Shown: piece by piece, positions 18,348 through 30,134 of the stretch
Position numbering within the stretch: position 1 is the stretch's first letter
Layout: every line of letters begins with the position of its first letter
Virus record (IMG/VR): IMGVR_UViG_2690316161_000025
DNA: 44,064 bases
Origin: a virus
Lineage: Duplodnaviria; Heunggongvirae; Uroviricota; Caudoviricetes
Strand: one strand, 5' to 3'
Notes under the pieces: model-generated
Told to the model about the DNA's origin: nothing
The model's input: only the letters and a program-made list of their open reading frames with translations
The model's database searches: none
Made by a program: the position numbers and the translations under genes

Positions 18348-19261
18348 TTGTCACCCCGGCATCCATTAAAGCCCTGATGACCTCCTGGCGTAAGGATTTT
18401 CAGGGCGGTCTTGAAGACGCCCCGTCGCAGTACAGCAAAATTGCAATGGTGGTGAACTCTTCCACCCGCAGTAATACCTATGGCTGGCTGGGTAAATTCC
18501 CGACCCTGAAAGAATGGGTGGGTAAGCGAACCATTCAGCAAATGGAAGCGCATGGCTACTCCATCGCCAATAAAACGTTTGAAGGCACCGTGGGTATTTC
18601 CCGTGATGACTTCGAGGATGACAATCTGGGTATTTATGCGCCGATTTTTCAGGAGATGGGCCGTTCTGCGGCAGTTCAGCCGGATGAGCTGATTTTTAAA
18701 CTTCTGAAAGATGGCTTTACCCAGCCCTGCTATGACGGTCAGAACTTCTTCGACAAGGAGCATCCGGTATATCCGAATGTGGACGGCACGGGCAGCGCGG
18801 TTAATACCTCCAACATCGTTGAGCAGGACAGCTTCAGCGGTCTGCCATTCTATCTGCTGGACTGCTCCCGCGCAGTCAAACCGCTGATTTTCCAGGAGCG
18901 CCGCAAACCGGAACTGGTCGCACGTACCCGTATCGATGACGACCACGTTTTTATGGATAACGAGTTCCTGTTTGGTGCCAGCGCCCGCCGTGCTGCCGGT
19001 TACGGCTTCTGGCAGATGGCTGTCGCGGTAAAAGGCGATCTGACGCTGGATAACCTCTGGAAGGGCTGGCAACTGATGCGATCTTTTGAAGGTGATGGCG
19101 GTAAGAAGCTGGGCCTGAAGCCGACGCATATCGTTGTACCGGTCGGGCTGGAAAAAGCCGCAGAGCAACTGCTTAACCGTGAACTGTTCGCGGATGGCAA
19201 TACCACCGTCTCCAACGAGATGAAGGGCAAGCTGCAACTGGTTGTCGCTGACTACCTGTAA
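18344..19261 (+). CDS. T: Major capsid protein (Mu T), 305 aa
   Basis: ATGA overlap with I; 305-aa ORF followed by a strong terminator. Confidence 0.85.
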   Translation: MIVTPASIKALMTSWRKDFQGGLEDAPSQYSKIAMVVNSSTRSNTYGWLGKFPTLKEWVGKRTIQQMEAHGYSIANKTFEGTVGISRDDFEDDNLGIYAPIFQEMGRSAAVQPDELIFKLLKDGFTQPCYDGQNFFDKEHPVYPNVDGTGSAVNTSNIVEQDSFSGLPFYLLDCSRAVKPLIFQERRKPELVARTRIDDDHVFMDNEFLFGASARRAAGYGFWQMAVAVKGDLTLDNLWKGWQLMRSFEGDGGKKLGLKPTHIVVPVGLEKAAEQLLNRELFADGNTTVSNEMKGKLQLVVADYL

Positions 19262-19270
19262 CCGTCATTA

Positions 19271-19294
19271 AAAGGCGGTTCAGACCGCCTTTTA
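19271..19294 (+). terminator. Rho-independent terminator after T
   Basis: aaaaggcggt-tcag-accgcctttt perfect hairpin with flanking A/T runs (bidirectional-capable). Confidence 0.6.
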
Positions 19295-19327
19295 ACCTGA
19301 TTTAAAGGAAAAGGAGGAGCATGTGTT

Positions 19328-19738
19328 ATGTCAGGCACTTCGCTTAATTCACAATGGCTGGACACTTCTCGCATCACTTGCACGGCGATTATTAAATGCC
19401 TTCGTCCGGTCTACCGCCGCGCCGGAATCGCCTTTACACGTGGCGAAAACACCGTGGAAGTCACCGAAGAACAACTGGCGATCATTCGTGCCGACAGCGT
19501 GCTGTCTGTGGTATCTGCATCGTCAGCAGAAACGCTCGCTGAGGCTGGGGGGCTGGACGTTCTGGGTGTGGGCGATCTGAACGCCCGTATCCGTGCGACC
19601 GTTGCCGGTCTGGATAAGGCAAACCCGGAACACTTTACCGCAGGAGGAGAACCCAAAGTGAAAGCCCTCAGTGCGGCGCTGGGGGAACCGGTAAGCAGCG
19701 CGCAAATCAAAGCGGCGCTGGCTGAGGCGGATGCATGA
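19328..19738 (+). CDS. Head-associated hypothetical protein (136 aa)
   Basis: ATG 19328 ten nt after SD aaggaggag. Confidence 0.55.
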   Translation: MSGTSLNSQWLDTSRITCTAIIKCLRPVYRRAGIAFTRGENTVEVTEEQLAIIRADSVLSVVSASSAETLAEAGGLDVLGVGDLNARIRATVAGLDKANPEHFTAGGEPKVKALSAALGEPVSSAQIKAALAEADA

Positions 19739-20160
19739 ATTACGCGACGGTAAATGACCTGTGCGCCCGCTATACACGTACGCGGCTGGATATTCTCACC
19801 CGCCCTAAAACAGCGGACGGGCAGCCGGATGATGCCGTGGCAGAACAGGCACTGGCAGATGCTTCGGCCTTTATTGATGGCTATCTCGCCGCGCGCTTTG
19901 TTCTGCCGCTTACCGTCGTCCCCTCACTGCTGAAACGGCAGTGTTGCGTGGTGGCCTGGTTTTATCTGAATGAATCACAACCCACCGAGCAGATCACCGC
20001 TGCCTACAGGGACACAGTGCGCTGGCTGGAACAGGTGCGCGATGGCAAAACAGATCCCGGCGTGGAAAGCAGGACGGCAGCCTCGCCGGATGGTGAAAAC
20101 CTTGTGCAGGTGCAGTCTGACGCGCCGGTCTTCTCACGAAAACAGAAGGGGTTTATCTGA
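19735..20160 (+). CDS. J: Head-tail connector/completion protein candidate (Mu J)
   Basis: 141-aa ORF, ATGA overlap with upstream gene. Confidence 0.6.
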   Translation: MNYATVNDLCARYTRTRLDILTRPKTADGQPDDAVAEQALADASAFIDGYLAARFVLPLTVVPSLLKRQCCVVAWFYLNESQPTEQITAAYRDTVRWLEQVRDGKTDPGVESRTAASPDGENLVQVQSDAPVFSRKQKGFI

Positions 20161-20708
20161 TGCTGGAAGAAACCGAAGCCGCACTGCTGGCGCGCGTTCG
20201 TGAGTTGTTTGGGGCAACCCTGCGGCAGGTGGAACCCCTTACCGGCACATGGACTAACGAGGATGTGCACCGTCTCTTTCTGGCCCCTCCATCGGTATTT
20301 CTGGCATGGATGGGCTGTGGTGAGGGGCGTACGCGTCGGGAAGTTGAAAGTCGCTGGGCATTTTTTGTCGTGGCGGAGTTGCTGAACGGGGAACCGGTAA
20401 ACCGGCCCGGTATTTATCAGATTGTGGAGCGACTGATTGCCGGTGTTAACGGTCAGACGTTTGGCCCGACCACCGGGATGAGACTGACGCAGGTCAGAAA
20501 TCTTTGTGACGACAACCGTATTAATGCCGGTGTGGTGCTTTACGGCGTTCTGTTCAGTGGCACTACCCCGCTGCCGTCCGTGGTGGACATGGATTCGCTG
20601 GATGATTACGAGCGTCACTGGCAGACCTGGAAATTCCCGGACGAAACCCCGGAATTTGCCGCACATATCAATGTGAATCAGGAAAAGGATCATGATGCTG
20701 AAAATTAA
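20160..20708 (+). CDS. K: Mu K (gp37) virion protein, 182 aa
   Basis: ORF in conserved position between J and sheath; start overlaps J stop. Confidence 0.6.
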   Translation: MLEETEAALLARVRELFGATLRQVEPLTGTWTNEDVHRLFLAPPSVFLAWMGCGEGRTRREVESRWAFFVVAELLNGEPVNRPGIYQIVERLIAGVNGQTFGPTTGMRLTQVRNLCDDNRINAGVVLYGVLFSGTTPLPSVVDMDSLDDYERHWQTWKFPDETPEFAAHINVNQEKDHDAEN

Positions 20709-20898
20709 ACCCGCAGCGGGAAAAGCCATCCGTGACCCGCTCACGATGAAATTACTGGCTCCGGAGGGAGAAGAAAAGCCCCGTAACAGTTTCTGGATAC
20801 GTCGCCTTGCAGCCGGTGATGTGGTTGAAGTCGGGAGCACCGAAAACACGGCGGATGATACCGACGCTGCGCCGAAAAAACGGAGTAAATCGAAATGA
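20692..20898 (+). CDS. Small hypothetical protein (68 aa) upstream of sheath
   Basis: ORF with SD aggaaaagga; basic C-terminus. Confidence 0.5.
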   Translation: MMLKIKPAAGKAIRDPLTMKLLAPEGEEKPRNSFWIRRLAAGDVVEVGSTENTADDTDAAPKKRSKSK

Positions 20899-22382
20899 GC
20901 GATATTTCATTTAACGCGATCCCGTCAGATGTTCGCGTTCCTCTGACGTATATCGAATTTGATAACAGCAATGCCGTCAGCGGAACACCGGCTCCCCGCC
21001 AGCGCGTGCTGATGTTCGGGCAAAGCGGAAGTAAAGCCAGTGCCGCACCGAACGTGCCTGTCCGTATCCGTTCCGGCTCACAGGCCAGTGCGGCGTTTGG
21101 TCAGGGTTCCATGCTGGCACTGATGGCAGATGCATTCCTGAACGCTAACCGCGTGGCGGAGCTGTGGTGTATCCCGCAGGGAAACGGCACCGGTAATGCT
21201 GCTGTCGGTGAAATCTCACTGTCAGGAACGGCAGGCGAAAACGGCTCGCTTGTGACCTATATTGCCGGTCAGCGACTGGCGGTATCCGTCGCAGCAGGTA
21301 CAAAAGGGGCTGCGCTGGCTGACCTGCTGGTTGCCCGAATCAAAGGCCAGCCGGATTTACCGGTGACGGCAGAAGTTCGCGCAGACAGCGGAGATGATGA
21401 CACCTATGCAGATGTGGTTCTGAGTGCAAAATTTACGGGTGCATTATCTGCCGTGGATGTGCGCTGGAACTATTACGCGGGTGAAACCACCCCTTACGGG
21501 ATTATCACGGCATTCAAAGCCGCCTCCGGTAAAAATGGCAACCCGGATATCAGCGCAAGTATCGCGGGAATGGGCGATCTGCAATACAAATATATTGTGA
21601 TGCCCTATACCGATGAACCGAACCTGAATCTGTTACGCACTGAATTGCAGGAACGCTGGGGACCGGTCAATCAGGCTGATGGCTTTGCTGTGACAGTGCT
21701 GTCCGGCACGTATGGGGATATTTCCACGTTTGGTGTCAGTCGTAATGATCATCTGATCTCCTGTATGGGGATTGCCGGTGCACCGGAACCGTCATATCTG
21801 TACGCCGCCACACTGTGTGCCGTTGCCAGCCAGGCGCTTTCCATCGACCCGGCGCGTCCTCTCCAGACGCTGACGTTGCCCGGAAGAATGCCGCCTGCGG
21901 TGGGGGATCGTTTCACCTGGTCAGAACGTAATGCGCTGCTGTTTGACGGCATCTCCACGTTTAACGTGAATGATGGTGGTGAAATGCAGATTGAACGCAT
22001 GATCACGATGTACCGCACAAACAAGTACGGTGACAGTGATCCGTCTTATCTGAACGTGAATACCATCGCCACGCTGAGTTATCTGCGTTATTCACTGCGA
22101 ACCCGCATCACGCAGAAATTCCCGAACTACAAGCTGGCAAGTGATGGCACCCGCTTTGCCACCGGTCAGGCCGTGGTGACGCCATCCGTGATCAAAACGG
22201 AGCTGCTGGCACTGTTTGAAGAATGGGAAAACGCCGGACTGGTCGAGGATTTCGACACGTTCAAAGAGGAGCTGTATGTGGCACGTAACAAGGACGACAA
22301 AGACCGTCTTGATGTGCTTTGCGGCCCGAATCTGATTAACCAGTTCCGCATTTTCGCGGCACAAGTTCAGTTCATTCTGTAA
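20895..22382 (+). CDS. L: Contractile tail sheath protein (Mu L), 495 aa
   Basis: 495-aa ORF immediately upstream of the tube gene. Confidence 0.9.
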   Translation: MSDISFNAIPSDVRVPLTYIEFDNSNAVSGTPAPRQRVLMFGQSGSKASAAPNVPVRIRSGSQASAAFGQGSMLALMADAFLNANRVAELWCIPQGNGTGNAAVGEISLSGTAGENGSLVTYIAGQRLAVSVAAGTKGAALADLLVARIKGQPDLPVTAEVRADSGDDDTYADVVLSAKFTGALSAVDVRWNYYAGETTPYGIITAFKAASGKNGNPDISASIAGMGDLQYKYIVMPYTDEPNLNLLRTELQERWGPVNQADGFAVTVLSGTYGDISTFGVSRNDHLISCMGIAGAPEPSYLYAATLCAVASQALSIDPARPLQTLTLPGRMPPAVGDRFTWSERNALLFDGISTFNVNDGGEMQIERMITMYRTNKYGDSDPSYLNVNTIATLSYLRYSLRTRITQKFPNYKLASDGTRFATGQAVVTPSVIKTELLALFEEWENAGLVEDFDTFKEELYVARNKDDKDRLDVLCGPNLINQFRIFAAQVQFIL

Positions 22383-22391
22383 GGAGCATTT

Positions 22392-22748
22392 ATGGCTGGA
22401 AATCAGCGTCAGGGGGTGGCGTTCATCCGTGTCAATGGCATGGAGCTTGAAACGATGGAAGGTGCCTCCTTCACGCCTTCCGGTATCACCCGTGAAGAAG
22501 TGACCGGCTCGCGGGTTTATGGCTGGAAAGGTAAACCACGTGCCGCAAAGCTGGAATGCAAAATTCCGGGCGGTGGTGATATCGGTCTGGATGAAATCAT
22601 CGGCTGGGAAAACATCACGGCAGAGTTTCAGGCAGACACCGGTGAAACCTGGATGATGGCGAATGCCTGGCAGGCAGATGAACCGAAAAACGACGGCGGC
22701 GAAATTTCGCTGGTACTGATGGCAAAACAAAGCAAACGCATTGCATAA
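22392..22748 (+). CDS. M: Tail tube protein (Mu M), 118 aa
   Basis: 118-aa ORF after sheath, SD taaggagc. Confidence 0.85.
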   Translation: MAGNQRQGVAFIRVNGMELETMEGASFTPSGITREEVTGSRVYGWKGKPRAAKLECKIPGGGDIGLDEIIGWENITAEFQADTGETWMMANAWQADEPKNDGGEISLVLMAKQSKRIA

Positions 22749-22757
22749 GGGGAAACA

Positions 22758-23192
22758 ATGGACGAAATGAATTTAGGTCCTGAAGCACAGGAACTGCATG
22801 ACAGCATTGTGGCAGAAATTCAGTCCGGCGTGCTGAAACTGAAAGACGGCCTGCCGTTCGGCACCGGTGACGAGACTGAAATGCAGTATGACGTGACGCT
22901 GCGTGAACTGACCGCAGGCGATCTGATTGATGCCCAGGCGGCTGCTGAAAAGCTGGTAATGAGCAAGGAAGGCCCGGTGCTGGTCAGTTCCCCGTCCCGG
23001 ATGGGACTGGAAATGCTGCGCCGACAGATTGCCAGCGTGGGTTGCATCAAAGGCCCGTTATCGCTGGCGCTGATGCGCAAGCTGTCTGTTGATGACTTCC
23101 AGCGTCTGTCGCTGGCTACAGAAATGTACGACATGGCTGTGGCGGCATCGCTGACACAAGAACGGGGGCGAGTGGCTGCGGTGCCGGAATGA
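22758..23192 (+). CDS. Tail assembly chaperone candidate (gp41), 144 aa
   Basis: Acidic 144-aa ORF between tube and tape-measure genes. Confidence 0.55.
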   Translation: MDEMNLGPEAQELHDSIVAEIQSGVLKLKDGLPFGTGDETEMQYDVTLRELTAGDLIDAQAAAEKLVMSKEGPVLVSSPSRMGLEMLRRQIASVGCIKGPLSLALMRKLSVDDFQRLSLATEMYDMAVAASLTQERGRVAAVPE

Positions 23193-23336
23193 TATTGAGA
23201 AAGCGGCGACAGCGATTGGCGTTATTCTGAAAAGTGGCCCGGAATGGGCCTTATCCCTCCCGCTGTCCCGCTTTTTCCGGCACTGCCAGCAGGCTAAAAC
23301 CCTCTCTCAATATCACCGTTAAATCAGGAAATCTCT

Positions 23337-25412
23337 ATGACCGGGAAACGCTTAAAGGCGTCTGTCATTATTGATCTTAATGGCAATCTTTCCCGGCGTT
23401 CCCGCCAGTATTCGAACCAGATAAACGCCCTGTCCCGTAGCGGACAAAGTTCCCTTCGTGCCCTGCGTATGGAGGTTGTGCGCGTTTCTGGTGCCATTGA
23501 CAGAATGGGTTCACTGTCAACCCGTACATTCCGAATGCTGTCAGCCGGGGCGCTGGGTATCGCTGGTGTGGGTTACACCGCCAATAAACTGTTTATTGGT
23601 GCAGCCGCCCAGCGTGAGCAGCAAATTATCGCCATGAACTCGCTGTATCACGGCGATAAGGTCAGAGCGCAGGCCATGATGGCCTGGGCAAAGCAGAACG
23701 CGAAGGACACCACGTGGGGGCTGAGTGGTGTTCTGGATGAGATCCGTTCGTCGAAAGGCTTCGGCATGACGGATGAACAGACGAAACAGTTCATCACCAT
23801 GTTGCAGGATCAGGGGGCCATGCACGGCTGGGATTTACCCACTGCACAGGGTGCCTCACTGCAACTGAAACAGATGTTTGCCCGCCAGCAAATCACGGCG
23901 GCGGATGCCAACCTGCTGACCGGTTACGGTATTAACGTTTACCAGACGCTGGCGGATGCACTGGGTAAAGAAGACGTTAAGGATATCCGCAAACAAGGTG
24001 AAAAAGGCAAGCTGGGTCTGAAATCCATTCTGACGGTATTCAGAACGCTGTCAGAACAGTCAAAAGGTGCACAGGCCAGTGCGATGAACTCCTGGGACGG
24101 GATGTTCGCCCAGATGGAAGCTAACCTGCTTGAATTTCGCATAAAGGTGGCAAACAGCGGCCCCTTTGAAGAAATCAAGAACGAGATGCGCCGGGTGCTT
24201 AACTGGCACGACATGGCGGATAAATCCGGGGAACTTGACGCACTGGCAGAAAACATTGGTCAGAAATTTCTGACCACGTTCAGAACGGTAAAAATCGCGG
24301 CGCAGGAATTATGGCGCTGGCTGAAACCGGGTAAAGATGCGCTGGCATGGGTTGACCAGAATATTGTCAGCCTGAAAAAACTGGCTGCTGTTCTGGTGTC
24401 TGTCTGGCTTGCCAATAAAGCCCTGAGAGCAGGCTGGGCCGTGGCAAAACCCTCATGGCAGGTTGCCAGTTATCCGTTTAAAACCGGGCGTCGTATGTGG
24501 CGCTGGATGCGAAACCGCAAACGTGGGCAGGCAGGTCTGCCGGTCCCGGATGCCATGACGTCTGAGACGCTGTTGCAGGGTATCGGCATTCAGCGTGTGT
24601 TTGTCATCAACTGGCCCCGTGGATTTGGTGGCTACGGGAGTGGCGGCGGTCGTCGCGGACGGAGCGGCGGAAGAATGGCCCCGCTGTTACCCCGCCAGCC
24701 GTTATTGCTGTCCGGGCCACAGCCGCTGGCATTACCTGCACCACGCCCTGTACTGGCATTACCCCCACCCGGCGTACCGGTAACAGCACGGCCTGCACCA
24801 TTACCTTTACCCGGTAAATCCGGTCTTCTGAGCAGGCTTGCAGGCAGTGCTGCCGGGCAACTGGTTACGGGAACGGTCGGAAAGCTGGCTGATGCCGGGC
24901 GTGCTGTTGGCGGGTGGTTTTCCGGTATCGGAAACAAACTTGCAGGCAGTGCGATCGGTCGGGTTGTGACAAAAGGTGCCGGGGCGCTGGGCTGGATGGG
25001 GAAAGGTGCCGGTCGTGTGTTGTCACGTCTGGGTGGCCCAGTAATGGGGGCACTCCAGCTTGCCCCCGTCCTGATGGATGAGCAGGCGTCAACCCATGAA
25101 AAAGCAGGCGCAATTGGCAGTACAGCCGGTGCATGGCTCGGCGGTGCCGTTGGCAGCCTTGCCGGACCGCTGGGTACGGTTGCCGGTGCCACGCTGGGCA
25201 GTGTCGCCGGGGAGTATCTGGGCGGTTTTGTAACCGACCTGTATCAGAAATGGACGGCCCCGGATAAGGAACCGCAGGAACAAAAAGTGAATGCGGAAGC
25301 CTCGCTGCGCGTCGAACTTGCCGAGGGGTTACGTCTGACCAGTTCCCGCGTCACCGAGGACGGTATGGGGCTGAATATTTACGCGGGCGATAACTACATT
25401 ACAGGCTGGTAA
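23337..25412 (+). CDS. Y: Tail tape measure protein (Mu Y), 691 aa
   Basis: Long ORF with helical N-terminal two-thirds and Gly/Ala/Pro-rich C-terminal repeats (GxxxG-like). Confidence 0.85.
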   Translation: MTGKRLKASVIIDLNGNLSRRSRQYSNQINALSRSGQSSLRALRMEVVRVSGAIDRMGSLSTRTFRMLSAGALGIAGVGYTANKLFIGAAAQREQQIIAMNSLYHGDKVRAQAMMAWAKQNAKDTTWGLSGVLDEIRSSKGFGMTDEQTKQFITMLQDQGAMHGWDLPTAQGASLQLKQMFARQQITAADANLLTGYGINVYQTLADALGKEDVKDIRKQGEKGKLGLKSILTVFRTLSEQSKGAQASAMNSWDGMFAQMEANLLEFRIKVANSGPFEEIKNEMRRVLNWHDMADKSGELDALAENIGQKFLTTFRTVKIAAQELWRWLKPGKDALAWVDQNIVSLKKLAAVLVSVWLANKALRAGWAVAKPSWQVASYPFKTGRRMWRWMRNRKRGQAGLPVPDAMTSETLLQGIGIQRVFVINWPRGFGGYGSGGGRRGRSGGRMAPLLPRQPLLLSGPQPLALPAPRPVLALPPPGVPVTARPAPLPLPGKSGLLSRLAGSAAGQLVTGTVGKLADAGRAVGGWFSGIGNKLAGSAIGRVVTKGAGALGWMGKGAGRVLSRLGGPVMGALQLAPVLMDEQASTHEKAGAIGSTAGAWLGGAVGSLAGPLGTVAGATLGSVAGEYLGGFVTDLYQKWTAPDKEPQEQKVNAEASLRVELAEGLRLTSSRVTEDGMGLNIYAGDNYITGW

Positions 25413-25416
25413 AACC

Positions 25417-26904
25417 ATGTTTGAAGATGCTTTAAATGCCGTTAATGCTGTCCGGGATAAAATCAGCGGTGGTAAGAAAACAACCGGCAAAGGCACGTTT
25501 CGTAACGTGCCGTTTCTCGTCATCGAGGAGCAAAAACAGGCTGGCGGACGTCGCCTGGTTAAACGCGAGTACCCGTTACGTGATACCGGCGGCGTCAATG
25601 ACCTGGGGAAAAAGCTTCGCTCCCGTACATTCAGCGCCTGCATTCTGAACAGCAACGCAGAAACAGCCAGAGATGAAGCGGGTGCGCTGATGGATGCTCT
25701 TGATGCTCCGGGTAGCGGTGAGCTGGTACATCCTGATTTCGGCACTGTGGACGTCATGGTGGATTCATGGGAATGCCGCACTAAAGCGGATGAACTGAAT
25801 TATTACGCGTTCACCGTTACCGTTTATCCGTCGTTGCAGGATACTGCCCCGGACTCAGAGACAGACACCAGTGCAGCCGTACCGGCACAGGCCGTTGCTG
25901 TAACCGGTTCTCTGGGAGATACGCTGTCCTCTGTCTGGCAGACCGTAAAAGATGGCACTGCGGCGGCAACCGCCGTGATGGAAGCTGTAACCGGTGTCAT
26001 CGATGATATCAGTGATGCGGTGGACAATCTGGGGGTTACGCAGACTGTCAGCGGTCTGATGGGATCGCTTTCTGCGATGAAAGGCTCTGTGACCAGCCTG
26101 ATTAACCAGCCTGCCATGCTGGCCTCCTCGCTGATGGGGGCGCTGTCCGGCGTTTCATCGTTATGCGATACCCGGACAGCATTTTCCACATGGAACCGTC
26201 TGGCGCAGCGATTCGAACGTCGCCATGCCGCCACCGCAGGCAGACAGGGGACAATCACAACCTCGTACAACAGTCCGGTTGCAGAAAAAAATATTGCCAC
26301 ACTGAACTACGTCATGCTGGCAGCAGCACAGACATACCGGGCGGAGGCAGCAAGCCAGGCACTGACTGCGGCACTGGATTTCAGTCGCCGGATGGATAAT
26401 GCCGCCCGTGCACCTGTACTGGATGCCCCGTCCACCACAACCGGCACAGCCAGCGGGGCCAGCAGCACATCCGCTACCGTCACACAGGGACAGTTACAGT
26501 TAACTGCCATAACCCCGGACGGCGGCTTTTCACAGGTATCCTTTTCAGACAGTGGTACAGCCACGCCCCCGGTATTTGAAAGTGTGTCCGATATCGGAAA
26601 AACAGCCGCCATGCTGGGGGCAGCGCTGGATACCGTCATTCTGACGGCATCTGAGCAGGGCTTTTCGACAGACAGCGTTCAGCTTACGCAACTGCGTCTG
26701 CTGGTTGTTGCCGACCTGGAAAAACGCGGGCTGCAACTGGCAGGCAGTGAAACGCACCGCCTGCCGGAGACGATGCCTGCAATGGTGGCTCTGTACCGTT
26801 ACACAGGAAACAGCCGGAACTGGCAACGGCTGGCCCGCAGGAACGGTATCAGCAACCCGTTGTTTGTTCCCGGTGGTGTCAGTATTGAGGTGATTAATGA
26901 GTAA
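25417..26904 (+). CDS. N: DNA circularisation protein (Mu N), 495 aa
   Basis: 495-aa ORF following tape measure; Ser/Thr/Ala-rich. Confidence 0.75.
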   Translation: MFEDALNAVNAVRDKISGGKKTTGKGTFRNVPFLVIEEQKQAGGRRLVKREYPLRDTGGVNDLGKKLRSRTFSACILNSNAETARDEAGALMDALDAPGSGELVHPDFGTVDVMVDSWECRTKADELNYYAFTVTVYPSLQDTAPDSETDTSAAVPAQAVAVTGSLGDTLSSVWQTVKDGTAAATAVMEAVTGVIDDISDAVDNLGVTQTVSGLMGSLSAMKGSVTSLINQPAMLASSLMGALSGVSSLCDTRTAFSTWNRLAQRFERRHAATAGRQGTITTSYNSPVAEKNIATLNYVMLAAAQTYRAEAASQALTAALDFSRRMDNAARAPVLDAPSTTTGTASGASSTSATVTQGQLQLTAITPDGGFSQVSFSDSGTATPPVFESVSDIGKTAAMLGAALDTVILTASEQGFSTDSVQLTQLRLLVVADLEKRGLQLAGSETHRLPETMPAMVALYRYTGNSRNWQRLARRNGISNPLFVPGGVSIEVINE

Positions 26905-28036
26905 TACCGTCACGCTGCGAACGGATGGCAGGCTTTTTACCGGCTGGACGTCAGTCTCTGTCACCCGCTCCATTGAATCCGTAGCCGGATATTTTGAGCT
27001 GGGGGTGAATGTGCCACCGGGTACAGATTTATCCGGGCTGGCACCGGGGAAGGCGTTCACGCTGGAAATCGACGGGCAGATTGTCTGCACCGGTTATATC
27101 GATTCGCGGCGACGCCAGATGACCGCTGACAGCATGAAAATCACTATCGCCGGACGTGACAAAACGGCTGACCTGATTGACTGTGCTGCCGTTTACAGTG
27201 GCGGACAGTGGAAAAACCGCACACTGGAGCAGATTGCGCGTGACCTGTGCGCTCCTTATGGCGTTACCGTTCGCTGGGAGCTTTCCGATAAGGAAAGTTC
27301 GGCAGCTTTTCCCGGCTTCACGCTGGACCATTCAGAAACCGTTTATGAGGCGCTGGTGCGTGCCTCCCGCGCACGCGGTGTACTGATGACCAGCAATGCC
27401 GCAGGAGAGCTGGTATTCAGCCGGGCTGCCAGCACAGCCACTGATGAGCTGGTTCTCGGAGAAAATCTGCTGACACTGGATTTTGAGGAAGACTTCCGCG
27501 ACCGGTTCAGCGAATACACCGTCAAGGGGTATGCCCGCGCAAACGGTGCTGAGGGTGATGATATTGATGCGAAAAGTATCGTCTCCCGGAAAGGGACCGC
27601 CACTGACAGTGATGTAACCCGTTACAGACCGATGATCATCATTGCTGACAGCAAAATTACGGCGAAGGATGCACAGGCCCGCGCCCTGCGTGAGCAACGC
27701 CGCAGACTGGCAAAATCCATCACCTTTGAGGCTGAAATTGACGGATGGACTCGCAAGGACGGGCAACTCTGGATGCCGAACCTGCTGGTCACTATTGATG
27801 CCTCGAAATATGCCATCAAAACCACGGAATTACTGGTCAGCAAAGTCACCCTGATACTGAATGACCAGGACGGGCTGAAAACCCGCGTCAGCCTTGCACC
27901 ACGCGAAGGCTTTCTGGTGCCGGTTGAAAGCGACCGTAAAAACAGGAAAGGCGGCGACAGTAACGGCGGTATTGATGCGCTGGTTGAAGATTATTATCGC
28001 AGACACCCGGAGAAAACGCCGCCGTGGAAAGAGTAA
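26897..28036 (+). CDS. P: Baseplate hub protein (Mu P), 379 aa
   Basis: ORF overlapping N end; position in baseplate cluster. Confidence 0.75.
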   Translation: MSNTVTLRTDGRLFTGWTSVSVTRSIESVAGYFELGVNVPPGTDLSGLAPGKAFTLEIDGQIVCTGYIDSRRRQMTADSMKITIAGRDKTADLIDCAAVYSGGQWKNRTLEQIARDLCAPYGVTVRWELSDKESSAAFPGFTLDHSETVYEALVRASRARGVLMTSNAAGELVFSRAASTATDELVLGENLLTLDFEEDFRDRFSEYTVKGYARANGAEGDDIDAKSIVSRKGTATDSDVTRYRPMIIIADSKITAKDAQARALREQRRRLAKSITFEAEIDGWTRKDGQLWMPNLLVTIDASKYAIKTTELLVSKVTLILNDQDGLKTRVSLAPREGFLVPVESDRKNRKGGDSNGGIDALVEDYYRRHPEKTPPWKE

Positions 28037-28617
28037 ATGATTTCGCCCTGAACCGCCTGCTGACGCCGCTGATGCGTCGTGTGCGCCTGATGCTTGCGCG
28101 CGCTGTTGTTAACGTGATTAACGACGGGCGAAAGGTTCAGAACCTGCAGGTCGGCCTGCTGGATGATGAGGAATCTGATGAAGTGGAGCGCCTGCAAAAT
28201 TACGGGCATTTCAGCGTTCCCCTGCCGGGAGCAGAGGCGCTGATTGCCTGTGTAGGCGCACAACGTGATCAGGGGATTGCCGTTGTGGTGGAAGACCGCC
28301 GCTACCGCCCGACAAATCTTGAACCGGGTGATGCAGGCATTTACCACCACGAGGGGCATCGTATCAGGCTGACAAAGGACGGACGCTGCATCATTACCTG
28401 TAAAACGGTTGAGGTTTACGCTGATGAAAGTATGACCGTTGACACACCCAGAACCACGTTTACCGGCGACGTTGAGATCCAGAAAGGTCTGGGCGTTAAA
28501 GGTAAAAGCCAGTTCGACAGCAATATTACTGCCCCGGATGCCATCATCAATGGCAAATCGACGGATAAGCATATCCACCGTGGCGACAGCGGCGGAACCA
28601 CGGGGCCAATGCAATGA
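28024..28617 (+). CDS. Q: Baseplate central spike protein (Mu Q)
   Basis: GTG start 28024 overlapping P; 197 aa. Confidence 0.7.
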   Translation: MERVNDFALNRLLTPLMRRVRLMLARAVVNVINDGRKVQNLQVGLLDDEESDEVERLQNYGHFSVPLPGAEALIACVGAQRDQGIAVVVEDRRYRPTNLEPGDAGIYHHEGHRIRLTKDGRCIITCKTVEVYADESMTVDTPRTTFTGDVEIQKGLGVKGKSQFDSNITAPDAIINGKSTDKHIHRGDSGGTTGPMQ

Positions 28618-29051
28618 CCGATTTAGCCATTATCTGGACGAACGGACGCGGCGATATTGCACAGGATGGCATTGATATGCTGACCGACGACAGCCTGACA
28701 ACCGATGTGACAATCTCCCTGTTTACAGACCGGCGCGCGCTGGATTCTGACACGCTGCCGGATGGTTCAGATGATCGCCGTGGATGGTGGGGTGACAGTT
28801 ACCGCGACCGCCCCATCGGTTCGCGGTTGTGGCTGTTATCACGTGAAAAAGCCACACCGGATACGCTGGAACGCGCCAGAGGGTATGCCGAAGAGGCGCT
28901 GGAATGGCTGAAAACAGCGGGCCGGGTAAGTGCGATTAACGTCAGAGCGGAACAGTTACATCAGGGCTGGTTATACCTCTACATTGCACTGACATTACCG
29001 GATGGTTCCGTTATTCCTTATGAGTTTAAAGCAGCATTTAACGGGGTTTAA
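28614..29051 (+). CDS. V: Baseplate wedge protein, gp25/GPW-like (Mu V), 145 aa
   Basis: ATGA overlap; 145-aa product in baseplate cluster. Confidence 0.75.
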   Translation: MTDLAIIWTNGRGDIAQDGIDMLTDDSLTTDVTISLFTDRRALDSDTLPDGSDDRRGWWGDSYRDRPIGSRLWLLSREKATPDTLERARGYAEEALEWLKTAGRVSAINVRAEQLHQGWLYLYIALTLPDGSVIPYEFKAAFNGV

Positions 29052-30134
29052 ATGGCTTATTCACCACCGACATTATCATCGCTGATTGCCCGTACAGAAC
29101 AGAATATTGAACAGCGCCTGCCGGGTAGCTGGCCTCAGGCCCGTGAAAAAACGCTGAGTGCCATTGCTTATGCTCAGGCGGGCCTTGCTGCCGGTTGTCA
29201 CGAGCATATTTCATGGGTTGGACGGCAGATTATCCCGTCGACAGCAGATGAAGATGAGTTGCTGGAGCACTGCCGGTTCTGGGGCGTGCGCCGCAAACAG
29301 GCGACAGCCGCCAGCGGCCCGCTGACTGTCACCACATCGGCAGCGACCACCATTCCTGCCGGTACACGCTGGCAGCGTGCTGATGGTGTGGTTTACAGCC
29401 TGGCTGATGCCATTGTGATTGACCGTGCAGGAACGACGGAAATTACCGTTACCGCACTGGCTGCCGGTGAAGCAGGAAATACCGGTGAGAATACCCTTTT
29501 AACGTTGATCACCCCGGTTGCCTGTGTTGTTTCCGATGCCATCACTGTAAAAGGGTTTTCCGGTGGGGCTGATATTGAGAGTGCAGCGGAGCTGCTGTCA
29601 CGGCTGGAATATCGTGTCCAGTATCCTCCGTTCGGCGGTAATCAGTTTGATTATGTTCGCTGGGCGCGTGAAGTCAGCGGCGTTACCCGTGCCTGGTGTT
29701 TTCCGACATGGAAAGGCGGTGGCACAGTCGGGGTGACGTTTGTTATGGATAACCGGAGCAATATTTTTCCACAACCGGCAGACGTGGAACGCGTGGCGGA
29801 TTATATCGCCGGTCATACTGACCCGATCACCGGTCTGATTGTCGGACAGCCTGACGGTGTAAATGTCACTGTATTTGCGCCAAAGGCAAAGCCGGTAAAT
29901 CCACGGATTTATATATCACCGAAGACAGCCGAACTGAAACAGGCTATTACCCACGCCATTAATACCATGTTTTTTAATGAGGTGACGCCGGGCGGCGCAC
30001 TTGCCCCCTCCCGTATTATCCGTGCGGTGGCAGGTGTTACCGGTCTGGATGATTTTGAAGTGCGTTTCCCGACAGAGATCCAGCGTTCGGAGAATACGGA
30101 ACTGTTAACACCGGGGACAATTGAATGGCTGTAA
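29052..30134 (+). CDS. W: Baseplate J-like protein (Mu W), 360 aa
   Basis: 360-aa ORF in baseplate cluster. Confidence 0.8.
   Translation: MAYSPPTLSSLIARTEQNIEQRLPGSWPQAREKTLSAIAYAQAGLAAGCHEHISWVGRQIIPSTADEDELLEHCRFWGVRRKQATAASGPLTVTTSAATTIPAGTRWQRADGVVYSLADAIVIDRAGTTEITVTALAAGEAGNTGENTLLTLITPVACVVSDAITVKGFSGGADIESAAELLSRLEYRVQYPPFGGNQFDYVRWAREVSGVTRAWCFPTWKGGGTVGVTFVMDNRSNIFPQPADVERVADYIAGHTDPITGLIVGQPDGVNVTVFAPKAKPVNPRIYISPKTAELKQAITHAINTMFFNEVTPGGALAPSRIIRAVAGVTGLDDFEVRFPTEIQRSENTELLTPGTIEWL

Noticed and set aside
18140-19237. 365-aa minus-strand ORF antisense to I and T
   Set aside because: Antisense to the protease/scaffold and major capsid genes; no RBS, composition typical of a mirror frame.
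22758-23336. Programmed translational frameshift extending the tail assembly chaperone
   Set aside because: Looked for an alternative-frame extension between gp41 and Y; no plus-strand frame of meaningful length is open, and read-through of the TGA at 23190-23192 hits another stop within 2 codons.
24632-25192. 186-aa Pro-rich minus-strand ORF inside the tape-measure gene
   Set aside because: Mirror of the Gly/Ala-rich coding repeats on the plus strand; low complexity, not a real gene.
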